Assembly (NCBI GenBank): GCA_963765765.1
Contig: CAVXYC010000019.1
Span: forward strand, 96,001 to 160,000
From: an uncultured Chloroflexia bacterium
GTDB lineage: Bacteria > Chloroflexota > UBA6077 > JACCZL01
DNA length: 64,000 bases
Reading direction: 5' to 3'
Shown one piece after another: positions 11,087 to 21,664 of the stretch (position 1 is the stretch's first letter; every line of letters starts with the position of its first letter). A program made the translations under genes and the position numbers. The notes under the pieces are model-generated. The model had not been told where the DNA came from, ran no database searches, and saw only the letters and a list, made by a program, of their open reading frames with translations.

Positions 11087-12493
11087 ATGAAACCGCCGAG
11101 CGTCAGGTCGGCGGGTATACTGCCTAACGTACACATGGCGCATGCAGCTCCAAACCAGCCTCCTCCCGACGGGGAGGTTTTGGCGAATCGCCGTCGGTTA
11201 GCCATCGGCCAACTCATCGTTCTCATAGCCGGTGGTGTGATGTTCTTCCTCGGCGCGATACTCCTCGTTGCATTTCTGACTCCTCGCGACCAGAGTGCTC
11301 CGTCCATCGCTGCAACGGTCGTCGCAACCGCGGCTGTATCGACCACGGACAACACCGTGGCCCAGACCGGAGGCGCAGTTGCCAGTGCGCCCGCGGCGCC
11401 CGTGGGCGCACGCCCCCAGCAGGGTGGGGCGGCCGCAACGTTCGCGGTGGCTCCACCGGAGCTTTCCAGCCCTGGCTGGATCCAGAACTTCCGTGCGAGT
11501 CACCTCTGGTCCGGTCCTGCAAGTGATGGCGCGGATCTCGGCGAGCTGCCTCAATGGACCTACCTGCAATTCTCCGGCGAGTTCGTCAATGATCGGGCGA
11601 AGGTGCTCGATCCAGGCGATGGGTCCAGGAGACCCTCACGAACTGGCTGGCTCAACTCGGGCGACGTGGGCCCCGCGGGAGCGCCGCCAGTTTTGTGGTA
11701 CATGGGTATTGGCCAGAGCGAGCGCGGCCTCGCGGGAGCGCCGAAGCGAATCACGGACGACTGGCCCGCCCAGATCAGCGGTCAAGGCGCCGTGGTTATG
11801 GATGCGCAGACTGGCGCGGTACTCTTTGGAAAAAACGCTCGTCGGCGAGTTGCCATGGCAAGCTGCACCAAAATGCTGACCGCCATTGTGGCGCTCGAGC
11901 GAGGCCGCCTCGATGATCGTGTCACCGTGGACGTCGATGGACTCAAGATGGCTATCGAGATGGAAAGCACAGTGATGGGTCTGAGCCCGGGTGAGACGGT
12001 GACACTCGAAACGCTTCTCTATGGCCTCATGCTGCCATCTGGGAATGATGCCGCCGTGGCCATCGCCAAGCATATCGCTGGTTCAGAATCCGCCTTCGTC
12101 GAATTAATGAATGCGAAAGTGCGCGAGCTTGGACTAGAGGACACGCAGTTTATGAACCCGCACGGTCTCGACGCCAAAGGACACTTCTCGTCGCCATTCG
12201 ATCAGGCTAGCATCGCTCGTTACGGTATGAAAAATCCGACGTTTGCAAAGCTAGCTGGGGCTAAGGAGTACTCGGGCGATGGGTATCAGCTCTTTAACTC
12301 CAATCGGCTGCTCTGGAACTACCCCGGAGCGGATGGCGTAAAACCCGGTTTCACGGATGACGCCGGATCCACGCTCGTAGCATCCGCCACTCGAGATGGG
12401 CACCGGGTTATCACCGCTGTTATTAAGGCGAACAGCGCAGCGCTCGATAGCGTGCCACTCCTGGATTGGGCGTTTAAGTCCTATAGCTGGTAG
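11087..12493 (+). CDS. D-alanyl-D-alanine carboxypeptidase (peptidase S11) with N-terminal TM anchor and SH3-like segment
   Basis: MASCTK (SxxK), PSGNDAA (SxN), FMNPHGL, GVKPGFT (KT/SG variant); start codon uncertain. Confidence 0.88.
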   Translation: MKPPSVRSAGILPNVHMAHAAPNQPPPDGEVLANRRRLAIGQLIVLIAGGVMFFLGAILLVAFLTPRDQSAPSIAATVVATAAVSTTDNTVAQTGGAVASAPAAPVGARPQQGGAAATFAVAPPELSSPGWIQNFRASHLWSGPASDGADLGELPQWTYLQFSGEFVNDRAKVLDPGDGSRRPSRTGWLNSGDVGPAGAPPVLWYMGIGQSERGLAGAPKRITDDWPAQISGQGAVVMDAQTGAVLFGKNARRRVAMASCTKMLTAIVALERGRLDDRVTVDVDGLKMAIEMESTVMGLSPGETVTLETLLYGLMLPSGNDAAVAIAKHIAGSESAFVELMNAKVRELGLEDTQFMNPHGLDAKGHFSSPFDQASIARYGMKNPTFAKLAGAKEYSGDGYQLFNSNRLLWNYPGADGVKPGFTDDAGSTLVASATRDGHRVITAVIKANSAALDSVPLLDWAFKSYSW

Positions 12494-12644
12494 GTGCCGC
12501 TCGGTGGGACGCTACGTCGCCGCCTGTCCACTGCGCGCATAGTGACGCGGCGATACTCCACAAACAGAGATGCCTTTTCCACGCAGCCGCGTTGCGGTCG
12601 TACAATGCTCTCCACGCGCTGAGCGCACTTTGTCGGAGAGATTC

Positions 12645-13662
12645 ATGCGTTACCGACCTCTGGGTTCAACCGGGCTAGAGCTTTCCGAAATCGGGTTCGG
12701 TTGCGGTGACAACGCCGGCCTGATGATCGCTGGAACGCTGCAGGAGCAGTGTGCGGTCGCCGCCCGCGCCCTCGAGCTCGGTATCAACTATTTCGATACG
12801 GCTGCCGGTCTACGGCAGTACGAGATCCGAGGAGACGGTCGGCAACGTCCTGAAGGAGATCGGCGCTCGACCCATCGTCAACACCAAGGTCGAAGTCACG
12901 CTAGAACAAACGACAGATGTGGCGGCGGCAGTCGTCCAATCGGTGGAAGATAGTCTCAAGCGACTCCGGATAGATCAGGTGGACATCGTGGAGATTCACA
13001 ACAGCCCGGTCCACCAGCGGCCAATGGAGTTCACTGGGTGGCTGCCGATGTTGATTCATGAGTATCTGGGGCCTCGGGGCGCGCTGGAAGGTCTACAACG
13101 ATTGCGGTCCGCTGGCAAGGTGCGCTTCTTCGGCTTGGTCAATGAGCGGCCAGACGTTGATCTCGCGCGGCAGCTTATCGATACCGGCGCTTTCTCGATC
13201 ATCAACGTCCAATACAACCTTATCAATCCGACTGCCGGTATGCCGCTGCCCGAAGGGCTGACCGTCCCGCTCGACAACGGCAACATGATCGGCTACGCGT
13301 CGGAGCATGGGGTGGGGACGGCCATATTCAGCCCACTTGCTCGGGGAGTATTGACTCAGAAATCCGTAGTGGACGGCTGGCGTCATCCACTCGCCGGTGA
13401 AGGCATCTTGCGCGATCGAGCGACGTACGAGGCGCAGCTGGATCGCGGCCGGGCGCTCATGTTTCTGGCGAACGAAGGACGGACGCTTTCACAAGCGGCC
13501 ATTCGATTTATATTGATGCACCCGGGAGTTACGACGGTGCTGGGTGGCTTCTCTGAGATGCAGCATCTGGAGGAGATGACCGAGGTGCCCGAGATGGCGG
13601 AGCTTTCAGAGGAAGAAATGGACCGCGTGCGCCAGGCCTGGAGTCGCAACTTCGCCACATAG
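12645..13662 (+). CDS. Aldo/keto reductase (frameshift near 12805)
   Basis: MRYRPLGSTGLELSEIGFG, GINYFDTA..YG, NTKV, SLKRLRIDQVDIVEIH, FSPLARGVLT. Confidence 0.88.
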
Positions 13663-13676
13663 AGATCGGAGCAGTT

Positions 13677-14585
13677 ATGGCAGAGATCGTTCTAGGGATG
13701 GGCAGCTCACACGGCCCAACCATTCGGACCCAACCAGAAGCGTGGGAACGACTGGGCAGGAAGGATATGGAAGATCCGCGCTTCGACTTTGAGGCGGAGC
13801 TCAAGACCGTGAAGTCGGACATCCTGGACGAGATCACGATTGAACGGCGGCGAGAGCGTTTCGACGCGTGCCAGCGTGGCATGGCGGAGCTCAGCCGCCA
13901 ATTGAGCGAGTCAAATCCCGATTGCATCGTTATGGTCAGCAATCTTCACGGCGATATCCCGGCGCATCAACAGCAGATCTTTGGCGTCTTCACCGGCGAT
14001 TCGCTTCCCGGTGAGGGGCCGGCAGCGCCAGGCGACCGCCTGCCAACGGAACCTGACCTCGCTCGCCATCTCGTGGACCGTTTGAACGACGGCGGATTTG
14101 ACATACATGGCTGCCCTGACCTTGGAGCTGCGTCCGGGCTCGGCGATGCATTCACGTTTCTCTACGAGCTTTACGCTCAGTGAGGGAGCGCTGCCCATGG
14201 TTCCAATGATGATCAGCCGCTATCTCCCTAATCAGCCTAGTCCGCGCCGTGCCCATGAGCTAGGCGGAGCGCTTCGGCGAGCCATCGACGATTGGGACTC
14301 TAGAAAGCGTGTGGCCATCATGGCTTCCGGTGGACTGAGCCATCAGATTCTGGACGAGCCGCTCGATCGCATGGTGGTAAAGGCACTGACGGAGAGCGAT
14401 ACGACACGCTCTGCTCCATTCCCCGTGATCGCCTCAACCGAGGTCCTGGAACGCCCGAGATTTTGAACTGGGTCGCTGTCTCTGCGGCCATGGCAAACGC
14501 ACCGATGACGCTGGTGGACTACGTACCGTGCTATCGTTCAGCGGCAGGCACAGGCCATGGCGTCACCTTCGGCTACTGGGCGTAA
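13677..14585 (+). CDS. Class III extradiol ring-cleavage dioxygenase, LigB/DesZ-like (frameshifts near 14180 and 14405)
   Basis: MAEIVLGMGSSHGP, RVAIMASGGLSH, G(T)PEILNW, YVPCYRSAAGTG. Confidence 0.8.
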
Positions 14586-14681
14586 AGCAGAGTCACGACG
14601 GTCGAGGGGCAGCGTCTAACCTGTCAATCATGACCCATGATTCAATCACTCATCGCTAACTGAGTGCGAGAGTCTGACGAT

Positions 14682-15797
14682 ATGGCTATTCAAACCGGTC
14701 GAGCGGCCGTCTTTCACGGGCTCGGGCAACCTTTCGAGATCAAGGAATATCCGGTGCCGGAGCCAGGCCCAGGGTCCGCCCTTGTGCAGATCACGCTGGC
14801 TAACGTCTGCGGGTCGGATCTTCACGCCTGGCGTGGCGACCTTGATTACGCGAAACGTGGACGGGCGTTACCGCGCCACCAGGGTCACGAGGGCACTGGA
14901 AGGATCGCCGTGCTCGGTGAGGGCGTAAGCACCGATTCCAACGGTCAGCCGCTGGCCGTGGGCGATCGCGTGGTGTTTGCCTACTTCTTTCCCTGTGGTC
15001 GTTGCCGAGCCTGTCTCAACAGCAAAGATTACGCGTGCGTGAATCGCGTTCATCAGTTCAGCACGTCTTGTGAAGTATGGCCACATTTCAAGGGAACGTT
15101 CGGCGACTACTTCTATCTCTATCCCAATCACACAGTCTTCAAGGTACCGGACGAGCTATCCGATGAGCTCGTGGTGGGCGTGAATTGCGCCATGGCTCAG
15201 GTCACAGCCGGACTCGAGCTTGCTGGTCTTGGCATAGGTGAGACGGTCGTGATTCAGGGGGCTGGCGGGCCTAGGACTCTACGCGATCGCGGTGGCGAAG
15301 CGAGCGTGGCGCCGGTCAGGTCATCGTTGTGGACGGAGTGCCGGAGCGACTCGAGGTGGCCACGATGTTTGGCGCAGACGATGTGCTTGATATGCGCGAT
15401 CTGCCCGAAACGGCTCAGCGAATCAAAGCGCGTCAAGGAGCTGACCGGAGGCTGGGGTGCTGACATCGTGCTGGAGCTCGCCGGTTTTCCCCAGGTTACG
15501 GAGGAAGGCGTTCAGATGCTCGGGTCGGGCGGCCGATACGTCGAGATCGGCAATATCAGTCCCGGGCTCACCTACCAGGCGGATCCGTCACTGTGGGTGA
15601 CGCAGAACATCACGGTAATCGGGAACAACCATTACGGGCGCAGGCATCTGCGCGATGCGCTGGAGATCCTCAGCCGCTCGCGCGATAAGTATCCCTTTGA
15701 CAAGATCGTCTCCCACAAGTTTCCGCTTGAAGAGATCAACGAAGTATTCGCCGCCCAGAACGAAGGGCACATTACTCGAGCGAGCTTAGTTCCCTGA
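14682..15797 (+). CDS. Zinc-binding alcohol dehydrogenase (local compensating frameshifts near 15270-15420)
   Basis: VCGSDLH, GHEG, CGRCRAC...C, IQGAGG. Confidence 0.9.
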   Translation: MAIQTGRAAVFHGLGQPFEIKEYPVPEPGPGSALVQITLANVCGSDLHAWRGDLDYAKRGRALPRHQGHEGTGRIAVLGEGVSTDSNGQPLAVGDRVVFAYFFPCGRCRACLNSKDYACVNRVHQFSTSCEVWPHFKGTFGDYFYLYPNHTVFKVPDELSDELVVGVNCAMAQVTAGLELAGLGIGETVVIQGAGGPRTLRDRGGEASVAPVRSSLWTECRSDSRWPRCLAQTMCLICAICPKRLSESKRVKELTGGWGADIVLELAGFPQVTEEGVQMLGSGGRYVEIGNISPGLTYQADPSLWVTQNITVIGNNHYGRRHLRDALEILSRSRDKYPFDKIVSHKFPLEEINEVFAAQNEGHITRASLVP

Positions 15798-15977
15798 TCA
15801 AACAGAGCCGCATCCCGTAAGGGTGCCGTTTCGTCCGCGGTCAAGCTAGAGGCGATCCCACTCATCAACCAGGCTCAGAGCCGTGGCCGCTCGGCGGGGG
15901 TTGGGTTTCCGTTCCCGTTGAAGGTGTGCTCGAGCAGAGCCGCACCCCATAGGATGAGGCCCTGCTCAGATTTGAGG

Positions 15978-17670
15978 CTAGCCGCCTCCAGCCGGCCTGG
16001 CTCCACCACCTCCGGCGTTCCCGCCGCCTGCATTTCCGCCGGCGGGCGCGTTGCCTCCGCCCGGCGCACCGCCACCGCCGGGCCGCGCTCCGCCTGGACC
16101 GGGGAACAATCCACCGCCGGTTGTCCCGTCGGTTGAGCACCGGTTGGCCGGCGCCGCTTCGACCCGTTACTACGACATCGCCGGGCTGCAGGCCGCTCAC
16201 AACCTCAGTGTTGCGCCCGGGCGTTGTTCAATCTGGCCAGCGCCGATTGTCGCGCGGCGACCGCCGCTTCACGGCTGTTGTAGGCCGTATTGAGCGTGCC
16301 CTGGTTTTTGGCGATGCTCTCGTCCAAACCAGATTGCGCGCTATCGAGATCGCTTTGAGCCTTGACAATTGCGGCTTGCTGCTGTGTTTTCGTGTTCTTG
16401 ACTGATGCAAGCGTGGCATCCAGTTTGGACTTGGCTGTCTGGACCTGAGCTTCTGCTGTCTGGAGATTGCCGGCGTATTTCGCCTGGTTACTGCTCAATG
16501 CGGCCTGGGCTGTGCTCAGGGTTCCCTGTGCCGTGTTGACAGAGGTGCGAGCCGTAGCAATGGCCGTTTCACCCTGAATCCGTGTGACGTTGGCCTGGTC
16601 CTGCGCCGATTTCACGGCGATCTGGGCTGAATCAGACTGACGCTTGGCCACGCTGCAAGATGAAGCGGATGACGAAGAAGACGAATTCGATGTCGACGAC
16701 TTGTCGCAAGCGTTGCTCCTCTGAGCTTCCTGAACTCGTTGATCTGCTTTTGCAGCGTCGATCTGACGTTTTGCTACATCTTGATCGGCGGCAGCCTTCT
16801 TCTGGGCATTGTCGAGCGCAATGTGGGCATTCCGGAGCGCTGTCTCCGCATTCGCCACAGCTACTCGATCACCTGTGGTATCGCGATCGATTTGTGTCCG
16901 AACTACCGCTAGATTCTTCTCGGCGGCGTCAACTGCCTGCCGATCGCTTGCTTCGCCGGCTGCCGCCGCGGCGACGGCTGTATCAGCCTGAGCCTTAACA
17001 CTCTCCAGCGCTTTGCGCGCCGTGTCCAGGCTCACCTGAAGTGCAGCATTGGATGTATCGAATTGCGCCTCGGCATTCTCGACAACTTTGTCGGCGTTGG
17101 CCAGCGTTGTATCGGCCGAAGAAACGGATGCTTGTGCCACTTCGACCGACTGTGTCGCCGATGCTTGAGCGGCACCGAGACCGCGCTGCGCAGATGCCAG
17201 CGCCGAAGCAGCCGCGGCGACCTGGGCTTGCGCCACACAACGTCTTCCGCCGTGGCGCCCGCGGCCGCCTTGTCATAGTTTGCGCTGGTCTGGGCAAGGT
17301 TCGCTTGTGCTTGCGCCCGTTGGGCTTCCAGGTCGGCTGTGTCCAGTCGAGCGAGAACCTGCCCCGCTTCCACGCGGTCGCCCACTGAGACATCCACTTC
17401 TGCGAGCCTACCCGCGCTTTTGAAGTTAAGAGGAAGCGTGCTGGGAGCCGAGATGGGGCCCGTTGCCTCAACCGATTGAACGATCTTGCCGCGTTGGGCT
17501 GTGGCCGTCTGGTAGCTCACGGCAGCTTGCCGAGTCCCAACCCAGCCCTGCATGTACGCCACGGTAGCCGTGACACCAATTGCGACGATCGCGAGTAGAA
17601 ACCAGATCCATCGAGGTGGGAGGTGACTCGGGTGCCAGGTGGTGGTCCAGGTGGAATGCGCGTGTGCCAT
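15978..17670 (-). pseudogene. HlyD/MacA-type efflux periplasmic adaptor with a very long coiled coil, internally deleted and frameshifted
   Basis: N-terminal TM, 'AGRLAEVDVSVGDRVEAGQVLARLD' lipoyl half and long Ala/Gln coiled coil join out of frame to the C-terminal 'NTEVVSGLQPGDVVVTG' and a Gly-rich tail ending at TAG 15978. Confidence 0.75.
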
Positions 17671-17833
17671 GTCGAGGGAAGCCTCCGAGAACCTCTAACC
17701 CAGGTTGCGCTTTGGGCGCGATCAATTCTTCTCGCCGATACGCTGTGTCTTCAGTGTATGAAGTGAAGATTGAGCGTTCCTGAACGCGTCGTCAGGGTTT
17801 TCTCATCTCGTTAGGGCAGGCCTGAACGTGAAA

Positions 17834-17875
17834 GTGCCCCGGAGTGCCGCGCGTTGGCGCGGCACTCCGGGGCAC
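17834..17875 (-). terminator. Intrinsic terminator
   Basis: Perfect 19-bp stem GTGCCCCGGAGTGCCGCGC/GCGCGGCACTCCGGGGCAC just downstream of 17900 stop; TTT follows on minus strand. Confidence 0.8.
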
Positions 17876-17899
17876 CCTCTTACCCAGCTTCGTCGCCTC

Positions 17900-18379
17900 T
17901 TAGACAGCCAGGAGCCGATCGAAGAACGAGCGATATCGGCGTAAAGCCAGGCGGAGCTCCTCCGTGGAGACATCTTCACCTTGCTGCCACTGTCGCTGTA
18001 ACCCGGAGCGCTCTTCCGAAAACGCCTCGGCGAGGTTTTTTATCACCTCGGCAACGAGGCCGTCGGCGCTCTCCACGGCACGCCGCGGATCGTCAACGAA
18101 TCCAGCCTGGACGTCTGTCCAACGGCTATGGAAGAACTCGGCGTCCGCCGCGTTGAACAGTGGAGCACTCCGCTCCCCGCCTTGTTCGGCTTCTCGGTCA
18201 TCCACCTGAGAACTGGTCCTTCGATTTACCTCGGGCTCGTGAAATTCTTCAGCCGGCGGATTGGGCCGTGCGTCGGTAGATGTCGGTGCGGGCATCGGCT
18301 CTGTTGTTTCCCGAGCTCTCGTAGTCGTGCCCTGCGCGATGTCCGCGGTTGTCAGATGCTGATCGCTGCCACTATTCAT
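17900..18379 (-). CDS. Hypothetical protein, soluble 'FVDDP' helical domain
   Basis: WTDVQAGFVDDPRRAVESAD...STEELRLALRRYRSFFDRLL; overlaps upstream ORF by ATGA. Confidence 0.75.
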   Translation of the reverse strand: MNSGSDQHLTTADIAQGTTTRARETTEPMPAPTSTDARPNPPAEEFHEPEVNRRTSSQVDDREAEQGGERSAPLFNAADAEFFHSRWTDVQAGFVDDPRRAVESADGLVAEVIKNLAEAFSEERSGLQRQWQQGEDVSTEELRLALRRYRSFFDRLLAV

Positions 18380-18954
18380 CGTCGTACCTCCGACCGAGCT
18401 GCCGACTCGGCATGTGTCTGAGTCTCAGTTTCAAGCAGGTCCTCGAACAGCGCCCGGTAGTGCGTGAACGCGGTTCGAAGCTCTTCGGTATTGGCATCTC
18501 GATCGAGGTTACGAAGTGCAATATCGTGAGCTGCCCGGTAATGCTCCACGACGCCTGGGTGGTCTACAGAGATGTCTTCCGTTCGTTGCTCGAAGTCACC
18601 CATTGGATATCCGCGGAGCTGCATCACCTCGCCAACCAGGTCATCGGCCTCGCGGGTTGCGGCCACAGGGTCGTCCACGAACCGAGCCTGCGTTGTGCGC
18701 CAGCGGCTGGCGAACTGGTCGCGCTCTGACTCGGAGAGTGGACGGATATTGAGCTGCTCCACTCGCCGGGAGCGGGCTTCAAGCGCTTCCTCAGCTCGCT
18801 TTCGATCACCTTCAGAGCGAACCGTGTGGGAATATTCGGGCCCAAATTGCTCTTGAAGTCGATCTGATCGGCGCTTCTGATTGAAGAGCCAGATCGCAAT
18901 GGCTCCGACGACTATGAGAGCTATGACCAACCCCACGACCAACGCATTGTCCAT
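18376..18954 (-). CDS. Hypothetical membrane-anchored protein, 'FVDDP' helical domain
   Basis: N-terminal TM helix, RLQEQFGPEY, WRTTQARFVDDPVAATREAD...NTEELRTAFTHYRALFEDLL. Confidence 0.8.
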   Translation of the reverse strand: MDNALVVGLVIALIVVGAIAIWLFNQKRRSDRLQEQFGPEYSHTVRSEGDRKRAEEALEARSRRVEQLNIRPLSESERDQFASRWRTTQARFVDDPVAATREADDLVGEVMQLRGYPMGDFEQRTEDISVDHPGVVEHYRAAHDIALRNLDRDANTEELRTAFTHYRALFEDLLETETQTHAESAARSEVRR

Positions 18955-19068
18955 ATGTTCGAATTCCCTTTCTCAATCCCCGCAATCCCTGCAACGTGCC
19001 TGAGAGAGCGATAACAATGACTGACGCTGAAGGCGTCTTCTCCGATGGTGCACGCGCCACTGATGGAT

Positions 19069-19085
19069 AAGCAGGGCGCGTGCCG
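19069..19085 (-). promoter_or_regulatory. Putative sigma-54 (-24/-12) promoter
   Basis: Minus strand CGGCACGCGCCCTGCTT = GG-N10-GC, ~115 bp upstream of the 18954 start. Confidence 0.45.
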
Positions 19086-19356
19086 TACGGTGCACAGGTT
19101 CTTGCGTTGTAGGCTGCTTTCTAATTGACAGAGCTCCGTACTTCACCCACCATTGGGTAGTGCAAGGGCACACGCTCCGCACATACCGGAGTGACCATCG
19201 ATGTGGCGCCGCAAGGTTTCGCGCCGAGGCCCGGCTGTGGTTTTGGCAAGCAGCGTGAGTGCACCTCGGCCTCTCCACCGGCATCTGAAGTTGCAGTGGC
19301 AACTCAACGGGTTGGTCGATGCGGACGCTACATATTCTGACGACAGGAGTTGGTCC

Positions 19357-20558
19357 ATGCTCTCTCGCGAAGCTAACGAAAGATTGACGCGAGTTGGAAC
19401 CGGCACTCCCATGGGCAACCTCATGCGGCGTTACTGGCATCCTGTCGCCACTCTCACCGACCTGATAAAAGAGCCGGTGCTAGCAGTCAAGATTCTTAGC
19501 GAGAACCTCGTGCTCTATCGGTCGCCGAATGGTGAGCTGGGACTCATGGCGGAGCGCTGTCCACATCGTGGCGCGACCATGGCGTACGGTATTCGCGAGG
19601 ATAGCGGCTTCCGCTGCCCGTACCATGGTTGGAAATTCTCTAATGAAGGGACCTGCCTGGAGCAGCCGGCTGAGCCGGAGAACAGCACCTTCAAACACCG
19701 AGTACGTGCGCCGGCATATCCCGTCCAGGAGATGGGCGGCTTGATATGGGCGTATCTTGGTCCCGCGCCGGCGCCGGAGCTGCCGCGCTACGATCTCTTC
19801 GTCCGCGATGATCTGAATCGGGAGACCGGAATCACCATTCTGCCATGTAACTGGCTCCAGGCCATGGAGAATTCACTGGATCCCATCCATCTGGAGTGGC
19901 TGCATCTCACGTACAAGAATTACGTTTCTCGTCGCCTGGGGCGGCCGGAGACAGCCAAGCCGCGGAGACACGCGCGTATTGCCTTTGACTCATTCGAGCT
20001 CGGTATCAAGAAGTGACGACTCTGGAGGGCGAGGATGAGGAGTCGGACGATTGGCAGATCGGCCATCCGATTCTCTTCCCAAACATCCTCTCGGTTGGTG
20101 CGCCACCCGTAAGCATTCCGCAGTTCCAGATTCGCGTGCCAATGGACGATACGTCAACCCTACACTTCTGGTACTACACCCGCGCTCGACAGTCCGACGA
20201 CGAAGCTCAGATTGAGATCCCTCAGTTCGAGATGCCATACGCTGACGAGAACGGCCGCTTTCTGGTAGAGACCGTGAGTGGCCAAGACATGATGGTCTGG
20301 ATCACTCAGGGCGCCATCTCTGATCGGACAACCGAGCGCCTTGGCTGGTCGGACAAGGGCATCATCCTTTATCGCAGCATGCTCATGGAGCAGATGGAGA
20401 GAGTGGCTCGAGGGGACGATCCGCTCGGCGTTATTCGTGACCCCGCCGTTAATGTCCCGATGCTAGAGATTCCTCGTGAGCGACGCGTCAATCACACATC
20501 CCGAGTTCCGGGGGAAGTGCTTGCGCTGAAGGCGGATGGAGGCGTGACGCGGGTATAG
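19357..20558 (+). CDS. Rieske non-heme iron oxygenase alpha subunit, phthalate/vanillate-type (frameshift near 20010)
   Basis: LTRVGTGTPMGNLMRRYW, CPHRG...CPYHGW, CNWLQAMENSLDPIHLEWLH, QDMMVW..QG. Confidence 0.9.
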
Positions 20559-20636
20559 CCAATACGGTTTGGCTTGGCGCCAGTGACCGGTGGAACAGGC
20601 AGAGACGCCAGTAAAGTTTAGTTAAGCTGCGGACGC

Positions 20637-20717
20637 CCCGGTGGGACAGTTGTCTCGACTGTCCCGCCCGAACTCCCAAGCGGGCCCACAGGACAGTCGA
20701 GACGACTGTCCCGCCGG
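20637..20717. repeat. REP-like inverted pair of palindromes
   Basis: CCGGTGGGACAGTTGTCTCGACTGTCC and its inverse GGACAGTCGAGACGACTGTCCCGCCGG (2 mismatches); each arm is itself a hairpin. Confidence 0.7.
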
Positions 20718-20795
20718 CACTGATCTCAGTCCTGCTCCTTAACTAAACTGTATTGGTCAGAGACCCGTGTCATACCGGTCGCAAGTGAATGCCTG

Positions 20796-21575
20796 CTACT
20801 TGAGGCGGTGGTTGTTCTGCTGTGAGTCGGGAACCAGTGCGTCGAACGTGTCAGATTGCAAGTCCTCGAGCGTTGCGACGGTAATATCGGCACGAAGCGT
20901 CTCGAAATCAGGGCCGACGCCAATGGTGCGCATGCTGGACGCGCGCCCGGCCTCCAGACCGGGCGGTGCGTCATCAACGGTGATGCACAGTCGCGGTTCT
21001 ACACCCAGCAAAGACGCGGCCCGTAGCAACGGTTCTGGATCGGGCTTTCCTTTCTGCACGTCTTCGGCGCAGACGAGAGCCGTGAAGTACGCTTCTAAAC
21101 CGACGGACGTAAGCATCGTATGCATATTCTCACGCGGTCCTGAGGTGGCAATCCCCTGTTTCCAGCTCGCGGCCTGGAGGTGTTCGAGCCAGGTGACAAC
21201 GCCGGGCATTGGACGTAGGCCGACCTTACTGAGCCGTTCGCGAAATCGGGCTTCCTTGCGCAACTCGACTTCAGCCAGCTCCTGCATCGTGTGACAGGAG
21301 CCAAGCAGCACCTGAAGTGCGTCGGCCATTTTCTTACCGTTGACCAGCCGGAAATCTTCACGGGTCATCGTGAAACCATGCTCGGCCATCGTGACTTGCC
21401 ACGCGTAGATGTGCGCCTCCAGCGAGTCAACGAGCGTTCCATCGAGATCCCAGATTACCGCGCGGCCGTTCGTCGTTATGCCAGGGTCCTGTGTGTCCGC
21501 ATTCCCATTCAAAACCACGCGCTCCGTGATGAATGGTTGGCGACCATATTCCATTAGCGTGAGCCGGACCGGCAA
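20796..21575 (-). CDS. HAD-family phosphatase (beta-phosphoglucomutase/CbbY-like)
   Basis: WDLDGTLVDS, IATSG, GKPDPEP, TVDDAPPG; start uncertain. Confidence 0.85.
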   Translation of the reverse strand: MPVRLTLMEYGRQPFITERVVLNGNADTQDPGITTNGRAVIWDLDGTLVDSLEAHIYAWQVTMAEHGFTMTREDFRLVNGKKMADALQVLLGSCHTMQELAEVELRKEARFRERLSKVGLRPMPGVVTWLEHLQAASWKQGIATSGPRENMHTMLTSVGLEAYFTALVCAEDVQKGKPDPEPLLRAASLLGVEPRLCITVDDAPPGLEAGRASSMRTIGVGPDFETLRADITVATLEDLQSDTFDALVPDSQQNNHRLK

Positions 21576-21614
21576 GTGCGCTTCCGCGGGCGGATGGCAT
21601 CAACCGATATGCAA

Positions 21615-21640
21615 AGAGGGGCTGCCGTAGCAGCCCCTCT
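21615..21640 (-). terminator. Intrinsic terminator
   Basis: AGAGGGGCTGC-cgta-GCAGCCCCTCT, 11-bp stem downstream of the 21665 stop. Confidence 0.7.
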
Positions 21641-21664
21641 CAAATGCGGATCTCTTCGTCAAAC

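Noticed and set aside
20637-20717. Mini CRISPR array
   Set aside because: Only two units, in inverted orientation, with no spacer series or cas genes; the same applies to the other doublets.
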